A stretch of DNA of 56,887 bases, the filler included, from Sphacelaria rigidula (Eukaryota), in assembly GCA_964200075.2 (NCBI GenBank). It is 6 parts of 6 records of this genome, joined end to end, with 100 filler letters (N's around TTAATTAATTAA, not from the genome) between each part and the next. Parts side by side here need not be neighbours in the genome. Positions count along the whole stretch, not along the records: positions 9,500 to 18,897 come from CAXNAA020008592.1; positions 18,998 to 28,395 come from CAXNAA020008593.1; 4 more parts are not named here. One strand, 5' to 3'. The number at the start of each line of letters is the position of its first letter. Position 1 is the stretch's first letter. Below are positions 9,843 through 23,039 of this stretch, one piece after another. The notes under the pieces were generated by a model that saw only the letters and a program-made list of their open reading frames with translations, did no database searches and was not told where the DNA came from. Both the position numbers and the translations under genes were made by a program.

Positions 9843-12800
9843 ATGATTACCGCCGCGAACACCATTGCAGCACGTGCCGCGCTTATCGGCGCTGTGTCAC
9901 TTGGCCGAATGGTGCTGCGAAAACTGGGCGATATGCACCCGCTGGCGCTGTGTCGCGAAGAGTACAGGGAAGTACCCTCTCCCGCAGGCATAGCAGAGAA
10001 GGGCATGTTGGAATGTTTTCTACCGGCGTTGCACCAGGCTGTGCAACGTAACGAGCATGATGAGGAATACCGGCGCAGCTCACTACAGACAGGCTGGAAA
10101 AACGTACGGGGAAAGGTATATATTGTTGCATTAGATTTTGCAGGAGGTAAGGGGTTAGACCATGACGGAACAATGATCCGACAGTGGATGGAGGCTACGG
10201 GAGTGCATTGAGAAACAGTCAACTATATCTTTGATGCTGCAGTAGCTGAGTCGGGTGCGCACCCCACGGTCGACAGTTTGCAGGAAATGGCTCTTCACCA
10301 CGCTGGGGTCAAAATGGTCTAGCATCGATGCGCTTGGGTTAGCAGCTAAAGTGTGCGACTTCAATTTTGTTTTTGGGGCGAAAGAATCAAGTGATAAGCT
10401 TGTGATATTCCGTGACGCCGATATGCACGGACTGTTCATCGTCGGCAGCGACAAACCATACGTACATTTATTGTGTAAAGAAGTCCGCACGCAGAGTGCG
10501 GAGGTAGAGGCCGAACACGGACGGTATGCGGGGATCGTTGGTTTTGAGTTATTAATTATTACCCATACCACCGCCGGATTGGAGAATGCTGTGGGGACTG
10601 TAGTACAAGCTACGGATAGGACCACTACACCTCCGCGCTGTCTGCCGCTGACGCAGTTAGGGAGGGAGGAGGACTCAGCTGTCGTCTACCAGCATGGCGT
10701 GGCTTTTTTTTTTTCCTTGATGGAAGGAGGAAACCCAACCCAATACTTACCCCGCTGGCGACCGCAACGATCGCGAGCGAGTTCGTGTGCCGATTACCCG
10801 AAGGCTGCCGTGGGTGAATATTCCCCGAATGATGTCGGAGGCATGGCGATGGTTCCGCCACTGGACGGACGGCAACTTGCGTCGGGCGCCGTGCAGGCGG
10901 GATGCGGCGCCCTCGTTTCGGGGGGCGCAGCGATCCTTCCTACAGAAGCACAGAGTCAGACCGCGGCGCCTCCTCCTCACCGTCCGCTTGCTACACAGTT
11001 GTGTGCCAATAGCCACTACACAGTGCACTAACAGCCGTGCGTTGGCGCCTCTTTGGGGACCGAGCCAGTCGGGAAAGCGAGCCTGGCAGGATGAGGCCGA
11101 GCGCAAGTTGGGCGGGGTGAACTGCAGGGGGCGGCGGCGGCGATGGCAGGCACGGCGGGGGTTCGGAGGTTGGGTGCTGTACCGTTGTTGCAAATACCAT
11201 CGGCAACCGCACTCGCTCGTGTGCCGGCCGGGTTTCGTTCAGCGACTTCTCAATCACCCCCCATGCCGGGGCGCGCGGCTATCACCAGCGCCGTGTCAGA
11301 GACACACCCAAGTTCACACATCCAACTCGGCCGTGTTGCTGATGCAAATACAGCACCAGATGCGGGTGTTCTCACCTTTGGAGCGGGAATCGGTGCTGGA
11401 GCAGGAGGACCAAATCGGGGTATATCGTCGCAGCACGTGAGTCGCGCAGCGGCTGGCGCCGCGTCCATGGACCGCATGGGCGCCCGCACACACACGAGTC
11501 CCATGCATTCTACCATGGTCCGTTCGTCGGCGGCGACCTCTGTGGCGAGTGCCGCTACAACTCCCAAACACGTCGCCGTTAGTAACGTCCAAGCGTGGGC
11601 TTCGACGATTCGTATCCCCATCACCGCTCCATCGCGGCGATGCCACGAGGAAGCAACCGCCTCCCTCGGTCGCCCCGCACGGCATGGTAAGCCCGTCGCC
11701 CACCGCACCCGGAGTATCGGCCACTCCCGCCGCACTGTCGAACGGTTTGTCAGCACAATCCGTCAGCCTACAATCCGTGAGGCTGTCCCCACAAACCCTG
11801 CCGGGGGTACCACGACACTCTATGCTCGCGGAGTCGCCCATACCCACTCTGCGGCTTTCATCGGGGGTGGCTGCGTCTCCGTCTCCTTTTGCGATGGTGG
11901 GGTCCCGGTCGGATCGTTGTACGGGGGGCTCTGCCGAGAGTACCTCAGATAGTCTGAGCGTGAGAAGGGGATATACGCCCCGCCCTTCACCATTCGTGCC
12001 GACGACCCCGCTGCCACCACTGACCGCGGCGCGTGGTCTCGAACACTTCCGTTCGCGGACCCAGTCTCGCTGCTCAGCCTCTCCTCGCCTTCGACCTACC
12101 GTTTTCTTCGTGGCTTGCCCCATGACGGCGGTGGACCCGTGCAAGGACGGGCAACGATGCCCCTACCCTTGCACGCAAGGCTCCCGGCCTTTGAGGCGCG
12201 ACTTCCGTCGCCGCCGCTGGGCAGCGGCGGAAGCCGCGTTCCAGGTCGCGGCGTTGGCTCTACCGCCGGGCAGCAGGCGACGTCGATGCGTTCCCCTATC
12301 GGTGGTCCAGGCCGCAACTCGGGTTCTCCTGCTAAACAGAGATGCACCGCTATGTTCAAGGACGGAAAGAAGCAAGGTGAGCTGTGCTGCGCGCCCGCCC
12401 GGGCTGGGTCCGCGTACTACGGTAAGCACGAGAGGTCCGGTAATCCCCCCGTTGTGGCGCCCACGGGTCGAGGTCGGCGGCGCAAACGCAAACGCACTGT
12501 GGCACTTTCGATGTCCGATGGTGATTTCCGGAATCCCGTCGCGGAGGGCGAAGGTTGGGACGACGATCGTGAAGTGGCGTTCTCCGACAGTAATCCAGAG
12601 TTCGAATATGATCTTGTGGAGCTTGGCAGCGCAGATGTTACTCAGCGTCAGGGCGCGAGGGTCATGCCAGACGTCAGGAAGTTCAAAGCCGAAATGGAGA
12701 AGTTGAAGAAAGACTGGGCGAAAAAGGTGTACTCGACTGTACAGGAGATGGTGCATCCTCCGCTCCCGCCCCAGGTGAGATCCTTGTTAGGGTTGGCAGT

Positions 12801-13200
12801 AACGACGTCGACCAGACGCCGTATTGTCCGATTAAGCGAATAAGCTCTCCCACATCCGGTGGAAACTGTGGGTCAATGTTGCACATCGCGGCGGCAGTCA
12901 CAGTTTCAGACCATTGCGGCATCATGGGTTAATCTTCTTTTCTTCCGAAACTCTCCGTTATTTCCCTTGGTATCTGGCTAGCATCCGCGCAGTCACGTGC
13001 GACCCCGAATGAGATATCGCACAATACGTGCGCCCCTGCCGCGCCATAGTGGAACGGTATGAATCCTTCCTCGTAGACGATATGGTACGCCGCACTATCG
13101 TCGCACCCGCATGCACAGCTAGATATTATGGTAGTGCGGCTGCTGATGTTGGGGCGGCTGCTGCTGATACGGAGTTGGCGCCGATGGGGGTGACGATGAT
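9843..13200 (+). pseudogene. Decayed, intron-poor long ORF of unknown family (TE- or virus-derived?)
   Basis: Successive GC-rich + strand frames (9822-10211, 10255-11031, 11143-11952, 12115-12843) broken by stops and frameshifts. Contains a Cys/His motif, a basic GRGRRRKRKR stretch and an acidic stretch. Confidence 0.4.
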
Positions 13201-13209
13201 CACGGTTCT

Positions 13210-15597
13210 TCAGTCGTGAAGTTTTCAGTCTTTTTGTTGTAGAAGATGGATTAACGTTGGCTCCTGCACCCCTATCGCAATTTCTGCGCCTGCTGTTGTT
13301 TTCGGTTACAGAGTTGAGGCGTCTATTCTTTTCATGAGATTTTGAATTTCGCCTATTATCCGTACTGATGCATGCAGCTGTAGGCTTGACCCATGAAGAT
13401 CTAGGTTCACTGTTGTTTCGACTCTTGCCCATGTTTCCCGCTGAACGGCGCACTGTTTTGAATCTATTGCCGAATGCTGTCGGGGGCGGTTCTGCGATCT
13501 TGACTATTCCTGTCGGTTTGATGTCCGGCGGAGACAGTGCGGCTGATAATGCTATGCCCATCCCCATACATTCTCCGGATACTAACTACCTTCGCCGTGA
13601 GTGCTGACTGGGTCCTTTTGTTCAAGATTTCGAACCTGCGTACTCACGTAGTGTAACGCTCCACCACAGTTGCTAATCGGAATTCTAAATTTTCCGAGGT
13701 CTACGTAAAAATCACCCGAAAAGACGGTTGATACCCCTTTTCTTCCCGCCTCTATGGGAGAGAACATATGTCTCCCCAGAAGCTGAACAAAGCGCTGGAT
13801 TCCTTCAGAATCAGTAACGATGGTGTTAATAACGTCTCTTGCCGTAACATGTAGGAGATGACGTCCAGCAGTAAGAATATTCATTGATGGATCAAGCTTC
13901 ACGTAACCAACTATTTCTCGATCAATGTTCGGCAACAGCTGATCGTCTAAGAAATGTCCACTTGAGCCACTATCAACTGTCATCTTGAAAAAAAAATCAT
14001 CGGGTGTACAATGGTCGACAAGTGACATGTGTACTTGAAGGAAGGGAAATCCGATACCGTTTGATGGTGGGCAGGTATCGGTCGCAGGTGCAGCTGAAGA
14101 TGTTGAAAATTGTTGGCGATGGTTGCTCGATGGTATGGTCGTGGAACCTGGATCGGCGATGGTAGTATTAGCTTGGCTTTGATATCCGTCGAAGTTGTTG
14201 CTGTTGCCGTCGTTGCTGTTGTTGTTGTCGTTGTTGTCGTCGTCGCGGTTGTTGTCGTCGCGCTTGCCGTTGTTGCGTTGGCTACAATACTCTGAACCGT
14301 CATGTTGATTAGTGCGGTGAAGACCGCACCATTTTACAGGGCTGTTTTCATTATTGGAATGTCGTCTGGAGTGACAGTCGCGCATACGATGGCCTGGTTT
14401 TCCACAGGAGTAGCATTTTTCACAAAATTTTGCGGGTTGATTCGATGAGTTCGAGATTGCTGCCGCCAGCATCGATGAATCCCGGCCATGTGATCAGCTG
14501 GCAGTTACTTTTCGCGCCAGTCTACTGCCAGTCTACTGGCATATACGTTGCGCAGGGTACTTTCGATTTCCCCGATGCTGAAGTCCGGGTCTCGTTCGGC
14601 GTTGTACTTTATCTGGTCATAGTCGCTGGTTAGACCCTCGACTACAATATCTGCTTATCTTTCATCGGAGATGGGCTCGCCAATATGAAAGAGCTCGTCT
14701 CGAAGCTGGAATAGTTTTGCCGAGAGCTTGTCCGGATCTTGCCCCGGTGACATGGTCATGTTGTCCAGCTGTCGCGTTAGTGAGCGGCGTCTTTATTTAG
14801 ATGAATTCTGGTACTTAGCCACCAGACCTTCCCACGCACATTTGCCGTTTGGTTTGTCTGAACCCTTCGGCTGAAAACGCAGGAGGAAACTTGCTGCTGA
14901 ACAAGTTGTCGACAACTACACGACGTTGAACAACTGTTCGTGATGGCGGTACCAGTTTTCTATCTCACGCGTGTTCAAAATTTGTCTCACATGTGACGCG
15001 ACGATGGGATAATCAGACACTTCTCGAACAGGAGGTTGAGCTTGATAACCAGCAGATTCAGCATCACCCGTCGCTGCTGTCGCCTCGCTCCTCGCGGTTG
15101 CCCCCACCGATGGTGACGGCGAACGAGCGGGCGGCAGCTGATGGCTTCTGAAACGAGTGGCAATGGGGCTTGTTCTCGACGTTGATCTGGCAGCTGGATG
15201 TGGGTGATCTACCTCAGAAAAAGCTTCATCATACATTTCCGTGGGGCGTTCAACCCCGTTGAGGATAACAGAAATCCTCGGATGAGTCAAGGAAAATATC
15301 GCGCGCGTAAAGCGCGTCCACTCGACGAATTTCGTACCGTCGAACTCCTTGATACTCCTGATGAGTTGAGTCACAGATGGCTTTCCCGATATGTTCATCT
15401 GCCTCGAGATTAGTTTACAAAAAAAAAATTTCACGCCTGCAGATCCTTTGAAGGGATCTGATTTCTTGGTCTTCTGGTTGACCCTGCTGAAACGACCTTG
15501 AAGTTTACGTCCCCTCCTTAGTGCTTACCATCGTAGTTTCGAATCGAAAGCTGATGAGCTGATGAACTACGTGCTCGCGAATCGAATGCTCAAAACC
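13210..15597 (-). mobile_element. Ty1/Copia retrotransposon internal region (gag, zinc knuckles, aspartic protease), degenerate
   Basis: Gag-like FDGTKFVEW and AWEGLVAKYQNSS...GQDPD, CCHC knuckle CYSCGKPGHRMRDC, protease motif MTVDSGSSGHF. Several in-frame stops. Confidence 0.85.
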
Positions 15598-16056
15598 TGT
15601 TGGAAATATTCGGCTCGTGATGTTTGGTACTGTTCTCGAAACAAACCGACTACCGTCGCAGGGACAGTTGCATAGCAGAGGTTGCACAGTGGTAGTTAAG
15701 CCACTCGCTTCTGTAGCAGACAGAAAAGTCAAGCTACAAAAATGGTGTTTTGGGCTCTTCACTCCGGCCGAACAAAATCAAGCAGCATCTTTTGCAAGCA
15801 GAGGGCTGAGGGAATGAAGACGAGCTGGGTAAGCTTGGGAGAGTGATTGCAAGGGCGATAGGAACCACCGATTACAGACATGCTCATCCCTGGAACAAGA
15901 AGCAAATACCTATACACGTACGTAGGATTAAATCGTACCATCTAATTCAACCTCGCTACTGCTGACACGATAGCCTTGCCAGTTCTTTAGCTTGGATCAA
16001 CTGCAAACTTGCACACAAGACATCTTGCAGCTCACGTGACCTAAATCATGGCAACA
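15598..16056 (-). mobile_element. 5' LTR of the Copia element
   Basis: TGTTG...CAACA termini. On the - strand it is followed immediately by ggttttgagc, a degenerate GGTTATGAGC-type primer-binding site. Confidence 0.7.
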
Positions 16057-16329
16057 CGTCTACTCCAGAAAGATCCTGCTCGAAACGTCGTTCAAAGAGG
16101 TAGACTATAAATCCACACAAAAGAGGTGCTCTCCGTGAAAAGGATAGGAATGAAACGGTCTTACATGGTTCGTAGTTTCGTTGAACCGTAATAGATTATA
16201 CCGCTATATTTTGTTGCAACGACTTCATTCAAGCGCAATGAATATAGATTGTGTCGTCTAGGCTTTTGCAACACTAAGCTCTCGAATGCCACCGATACGC
16301 TCGCAGTGATGGATGTCAACGACATGGCA

Positions 16330-16460
16330 TCTAGTCCTTCAACCTGGAACCAAAAAGCAGAGCGGCTCCTCTTACGTCAGGAGCGCGACTGACGAGCTGT
16401 TGCGGGACAAGCAAGCCATCCTGCAACGATGGAAGAAGTGGTTCGAAACACACTTTACTC
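16330..16460 (+). mobile_element. LINE (RTE-like) ORF2 fragment
   Basis: SYVRSATDELLRDKQAILQRWKKWF resembles the endonuclease-RT linker of RTE-type LINEs. Confidence 0.5.
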
Positions 16461-16569
16461 TTCCGACCTCTTCAGTCACCACGCGTCCATGTACGCAGTT
16501 ACCGCTAGCGACTTCACAGCCGCTGGCACCGCCAATACCCTCGTTCACGAATCCATAAAACTCTATGAA

Positions 16570-16988
16570 CAGTGGGTTCTCGAAAATTTAGTTGAAAACA
16601 AAATGAGGTTCAACTCAAAAGCCGTGCCTTCCCTGACCTAAATTCATGACACGTGACTTTCATAAGGACGACCCCATCCCTCCCGACCTGCCTAAACCTA
16701 TTTTGGGGGATTTCTAGCCTTCCGTTCCCCCAAAGGGTGCGTGCGAAAGAACGCTTATTGGCCCAAAGAACGTCCCTTTTTCACCCCGAAATCGAGGCAA
16801 AAGTGTAGTTTCGCACATACCCTCTAGGAGAACGGAAGGCTGGAAACCCCCCGAAACAGCTTTACGGAGGTTGGGAGGGATGAGGTCGCCCGTGTGAAAG
16901 TCATCTGTCATGAATTTAGGTCAGGGAAAGCACGGCTTTTGAGTTGAACCTCATTTTGTTCTTCAACCCCATTTTCGAGAACTCACTG
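16570..16988. mobile_element. Foldback MITE family 3 (CAGTG...CACTG, TIRs over 100 bp)
   Basis: 16570-16690 is a near reverse complement of 16868-16988. Confidence 0.85.
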
Positions 16989-16994
16989 TTTATG

Positions 16995-18020
16995 GTTGCC
17001 CGGAACGGCTCCTCTCTGACAACGGCCAGTAATTTTGCTCAGATATCTGTGACAAGTTTTACAAGCTCTTGGGCATTCACAATATCGCCGCGAGCGCCCA
17101 TCACCCGAATGGTAACGGTGGTACTGAAGGAGTTGATCGTACTATGGTTCAGATGCTATCTATGAACGTAAAGAATCGGCAAAATGACTAGGAGCTTCAT
17201 CTTCTGCACCATCGGTCTCTATCAACGTCTTAATCAGGATCAGATATCCTGAACTTGCGCGCTCGAGACTGTGCAATGCTTTCAACCTTATGCGCGAATA
17301 ACATTCTATCAGCGCTTCGCGCCTTGAGAGATCTGTCACCTATTTCTACAATCTGATGCACAAACGGCGGCCTTCGAGCTCGGCGATTGGGTTTGGATTT
17401 ACAACAGTTTATCGTCAAAAAACTAGCAAAGCTACCAAAGGTACAATCCTTCGGGAAAAATTTCCACTTCGTTGACACGACATTTTGCAACCCTGGCAGT
17501 CGACCCCTTGCCATCAGCGCCCGATGACGACACATTTATTTGTTTTCTTTTACCCCGCAACCTTCAGAGTAAAGACGCGAAAGCTCGCGTGTTTGTGCAT
17601 CCACGCAATCCCTGAATCAGCCCGCACGACACCAGTAACATGCCCAAATACCTGCCTGGTGGTCTCAACTCAGTGCGACTCAACAGGTACTCGGCCAAGT
17701 TACCGCCCTACCACGCAACCACCGATGAAGTGACTGAAACACCCCTCCGACTGGCCTTGTCCAACATTTCCGGCCGCCAGATTGTCCGTGGCCGTGGTGG
17801 CAAGATTCCTGTTATGTATAAGACTCACTGGCAAGATCCTAGAAGGGTATCCTGGGAACGCGAATCCGATCCCCTGCTGCACTGCCGCGCAAATCTTTTG
17901 TACAGCCACACCTTGCTTACAACATGAAGAACCGCTATATCCTGGCGCAGCAACTCGTGAGCTTAGCCGCGATAAATGCCTGCCCTTCGTCGACGACAAT
18001 TACGAACTGGCACCCACCAA
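16995..18020 (+). mobile_element. Ty3/Gypsy integrase and chromodomain-like C-terminus, relic
   Basis: PERLLSDNG, AHHPNGNGGTEGVDRTMVQML, MPKYLPGGL...PPYHATTDEV...GRQIVRGRGGKIPVMYKTHW...SWERESD. Contains stops and frameshifts. Confidence 0.8.
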
Positions 18021-18897
18021 AAAATGAAAACGAAATATCTCCGATAAGCGGAAAGTACTCCCCAGAGATCCCGATATTTGATTCAAAGGCGACGACAGAA
18101 AAATGCGGGGGGGGGGGGGATTTGGGGCTATTCCTTGCTTAAAATTTCATCTCAAAATCGTCGTTGAAACAGCAACATTTGTTTGAACGCGCTTGTAACC
18201 AATAGAACAGACTCATTCACCCCACATGCCATTTTCACTCATGTAGAGGCGTACCGCGAGTAGTCAGGTCGTCTGACACAACTGAAAGTCTCTGTTTTTC
18301 GTGGAATCACCCCCCCCCCCCCCTCCCTATCATAGCGGGGCAGAAAATGAAGCAATTCGTTGCTGACCACCATCTGTACGCGATAAAATCAGTACGATTT
18401 GGGCCGAAAAGTTTAGAAGGATGTCGCTCATCCTTCATGCGATTCGCCGAGCACACCACGGCGCTTCGCGCTTGGTGGTTTGAGTGCGAGCCTGGTCTGG
18501 CGTAAAGCCGGCGTGCTCCGTCCCGACTTTGTAGGGATGCGAGGTTAATGTTCTTATGACTACGGCATGCAAGATCATGATTACACCCTATCGTAGTATT
18601 ACCCGGCAATCTACGGTGTCTTGAATGGGACCATTCAGCCGACTAGTTGCTGCCGACATATACACCATGCGCTTTATCGATGACCTTGGATCCGTGCAGC
18701 TCAAGCTGCGACCAGCCTTTTACGCCACCAGTTGATCCGCACTTCGTGGATCCTGGAGCCTTCAGCGACACTAGTAAAAGGCAATGGACTGTTGTAGCTT
18801 TCGTGAAAGAAATGACACCAAATACCGCCATTCCCCCTCGCTCCCCCCCCCCTCCCGCACCCCCCTCCCTCCCCACCCGACAGCCGCTCTGGATGAG

Positions 18898-18997
18898 NNN
18901 NNNNNNNNNNNNNNNNNNNNNNNNNNNNNNNNNNNNNNNNNTTAATTAATTAANNNNNNNNNNNNNNNNNNNNNNNNNNNNNNNNNNNNNNNNNNNN
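18898..18997. other. Artificial contig spacer
   Basis: N44-TTAATTAATTAA-N44. Confidence 0.97.
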
Positions 18998-21995
18998 GAT
19001 GTCCTAGTTGTCCCGCTAATTTGCTACAGAGTAAAAACTCACACAATGCAAGCAGCCAGGCTGTGCATATTTCCAACAAGGACATCGTGCTTTTGTGACT
19101 ATCAACATCAGTCATCCTTTTTTGTAATTGCAGCGCATCTCAAAAGTGCATCCGCTGCGTTTGGAGACACGCTGCGAAGCCGACACTTCGTTGATGAAAA
19201 GCGTGACTGGTACCGTCGGAGGGCGCGAAATTACAGTGCGTCGACGCTATTATAGGCGGTATGTGTTGGGTTAGTGAGAAAATATTGCTATCGTGTCAAA
19301 TCAGTTGGTAGAAGACAAGACGTCGAACGGGCGTTTCATCTTTCAAATGATTGGAGCCAAATTCCCTCAACAAGCGCGCAAGACCGAGTTTGTTCGACAA
19401 GCGTGAAACTAGACGTGCGTATTGGTGACTTCAGACCATTATTCGTCGCCGTCGGTACCGTGTGGTTGCTTGAAATGACGTCGGTGCAATTGAGCCGCTG
19501 CTGGAGTATCGCATGCTGTCCGGTAGTTGGACACAGCTCGAAACCAGCTGCTGATATTTTCATTTTAGCTACGAGAGGGACACGCCTATCCACACGATTT
19601 ATGTGCGTTTTCCACTGCCGAGAACAGAGTAAAACGAGCTGAGTAGCGGTATGTATTTCGACGATACGTTGGGATGAACAGTTCCGAAAATCTGGTGCAG
19701 ATACCAAAGATGGCGACAATGGACCGTACTCGACGCCGAAATATTATTAATGGTTTTGAGACGTGCTTGGCTCAACCCCACCGTAAATGTGTGCCACGGG
19801 CTACGTGGGTGCGGCAGTGAAGCCGGTTCACGGGAATTTCCGTATATTTTCGGAGGAATGCTTGAGTCTTTTGGTTCATCAATTTGTACGTCTAAACTCT
19901 AGTTCAGTGGTTATGCTTAAATTATGGCAATTACAAGGATAATTTTCATGTCAATTACGGGTTTGCCGGAACACCCATGACGCGGCGTAGATGTATGCGT
20001 CAACCACCTGCAGCCATGAAGTATCATAACGCAATATTTACACGAGTGGCTGTATGTTGAATGCGATCCGTCTGAGCAATCTATCGGTATGCACCTTGCG
20101 TCATATTGTGCCCACGCTTGTTGACAGGCTACCAACGTTTACCGAGGTGTCGATAGGTACTGCCTGCAGTATTGGCTATGAAATTCAGTCCAGTCAGCAG
20201 GCATTTCTTCTTCAGTTGTCGCCAGTGCGTCGCATTTGAATACCATGGGTGATGCTGTTGACAGTGCGCCATAGGATACAGACGATGGTGATGAAACCAT
20301 GACTGGAGACGTTGTATAGTAGGGGGCTGCAGCTACCGAACGATGCATATTTCTCGCTTCACGGCGCTGTGCTCGTGGCGAATGAATGAAAACAAGCAAC
20401 CAAAACACGGGTTACGCGTTCGTGGCTGTGTTCCACGGCAGGTTTTTCAGACAAGCGCGCAAAATCAGTGCCATAAAAAGCCTGGAGCATGACGCAAAAT
20501 TCTTGGACGTCGCTCTCAACTTGTTGAAGTATGAGTTTTTAAGATGGACAATGTATCGCTAGCAGCGGCATATTGCTCTTTACAAGTTGTGCTTTACCCT
20601 ACGTTTGACTTCGTGGCATGCACAACGCAACCTCAGCACCGGCATGCTGAAGTTGGAAATAGATGTAACTGAGTCGATAGCAGGTGTTCGTTTCAAGTTA
20701 TACTCAGCCCTTCCGCGGTACTTCACTTATTATGCAGTTCATACGCGCTATCGGTTGCTACAACAACCGTAAAACTCGTGACGCTGTAGCATTGCTAGGA
20801 CACCAAACATAATATAAATTATTCAGTAACTGCTTAACATCTCTTTTCCCGGAGTAAAACGCCTAGGATGACATGCTTGACACAGAACTGGACGCAACTG
20901 TAGTGTGAAGCCAGAAAATCTAAAATGTGCGAACAACTGGTAAGGTCTCTTCGCAGAGATTTCGGATAACATTTTGTTTCAACGTCAGCTTACTTTTTGT
21001 CAGCGCATATCTCACGAAGTTGACAGTTTTGAGAACTCTGCTCTTTTTTATCGCTCCTAACACGCAAAACACCGGATATAAGCTCGATTGATAACCGCAC
21101 ATTAACTGATCGCCGACAGAACCAGCTGCGGTCATTATCCACAAGATGGATGTGCCCGAGGTGAACACAACCGAAACGCTTGCTGAGGGAAGAGGAAAGT
21201 GAAAAGAAGCAGAGCTCGGAACAAAAATGAAAATAAATGTTTTACGCAGAGAAAGGAAAAGCGAGGTGAGGTGATGAGAGGAGAGTACTCAAGAGGGGAT
21301 AAAGAGACGGCCCAAATGAAAAACAATGAAGAAACCAGAGCAAGAGGGGTACAGGGGGTGCGAGGCCTACACTGATGAATTTGGCACCCATTTCGTCTTC
21401 ACATACACTTCACGATTTTCCCACGAAGTGATCAGCACGAACGAATAGGACGAAATGTTTGCTATCTGACAGCTGAGCGTGCAGAGCCACCGCCGAACGC
21501 CAGCGGCGCCTTGGAGAGCTTACTGCTATACATGATTTCACAAGCTACATACTCAATACAATCCTTTATCGTTTGTCGTTCATGAATGCAATGACGATGA
21601 TACGGCGAGATGGGGTATGCGCACCCCAAATTGTGATGACACGAGGCACACGGTTCAAGCGTAGTCCGACCGACGTGAGACTTCTCAGGCAAACGCACTC
21701 CAAACACGGCGTCGTCTCCGCAATCCCTTTTATGGTTTCCCCATCGTTATCCGACGAACGATAACCTCCTGCAGGCACCAACTCCTCTCTTTGCATGCCT
21801 GTTCCAGGGCCTTGTACGTAATTTGACGTTAGCTCGATGTCCAGAGTTGGGGCGCTGGGGGGGGTTGGTGAGAGCATACAACCTCAGTGAAGACTGAGTA
21901 AAGTAAGTGCTCGAGCGGAGTTGAGTAAAACGCAACATCATTTGTTTGCTGAATCCCATTTTTATCATCTTTGCACGATTCGTTTTGAGCCGTAG

Positions 21996-22067
21996 GTGTT
22001 ATCCCGAAGGAGCTGATTTTCCTGGCGCGGCTGGAGTACATGGGGCTGAGCGGGAACAACTTCGACC
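21996..22067 (+). CDS. 72-bp leucine-rich-repeat exon (GVIPKELIFLARLEYMGLSGNNFD)
   Basis: Bounded by ccgtag| and |gtaagt, exactly 72 nt, phase 1-1. Fits the GxIPxELxxLxxLxxLxLxxNxL consensus. Not called by the ORF track. Confidence 0.85.
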
Positions 22068-22787
22068 GTAAGTGAATCTATCTGAACAAGTTCGACCCTA
22101 GCCACATACATCGTCCTCCTCCACATAGGTTTCAGTGGACTACAGCCTGTTTCCATCGTCCACTCATGATGAGCCCAACGGCTGCTCGGTAAAGAGATAT
22201 TTTGAGCGCAACGTGAGTTAGGGTCTGCAGGGCGAGAAGCAACCCGAACGAGTAAATACATGGAGGAAGGTGTTGATGTTAGTGGTATCCTTAGTAGGAG
22301 TTCCTTGGAGTTATCTTCGCTGCATTTGTGCGCCACGCACCGGAACCTACGTTAAACGGAGAGCTCTCGTCATGGTCTTTGTAAAAGGAAGGATTTCGCT
22401 GTTGTATTGTTACCAATGGCCTGGGTGGCAGATAAAGGGCGTCGGCGTGATGTGTGCAAGTGGTACTTGTGTTCGAGACTCCACCCGATCTATAGAACCC
22501 AAGACATTGAGTGCCGGTTCTCTATCCCTGAATTTCAAAATGTTATCTGAGTAGATATCTGCGCATGTTCTACTGAACAACACACACATGTGTAAAAAAA
22601 GGACTCAAGCCATTTGGGTTGCCATCAGGATACGTACGTTGTTTGTGAAAGCAAATTGTTTGGCTTTGTGCACGTCCCCACCACATTGAAGACCAGGGTC
22701 TAGGGGTAAGCGTTTAGCGACAAAATTACACTGGAGCATATCTTACCCGCGGTCAATCACTTGGTTTTTCGGTGTTGAAAATGATGA

Positions 22788-23039
22788 ATGCTACGGTAGG
22801 GATGCACACATCATATTGTTTTAGGTCAAAACTGTTAGGAGCCGTTTATCTCATCAACAAAGCGACTCATAAAATATCGGACGAGAGTACGCCAGGATTA
22901 CTGGTTCAATGTGCTGGAGATATCCCGAATAAGTTTGCACACCGGGATGCCCTGACTCATATTCTTGTGCATCTAGAACCGTCAGGGGCCCTTGAACCAG
23001 ACAACAGTTTGCGCAAAAAGTGCACCCCTACCGTAGCAT
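22788..23039. mobile_element. MITE family 1 copy
   Basis: TIR atgctacggtagggatgcac / gtgcacccctaccgtagcat. Homologous to 450-714. Confidence 0.75.

Noticed and set aside
11250-12756. Long overlapping antisense and alternative-frame ORFs as separate genes
   Set aside because: They are expected by-products of high GC content in the decayed + strand ORF.
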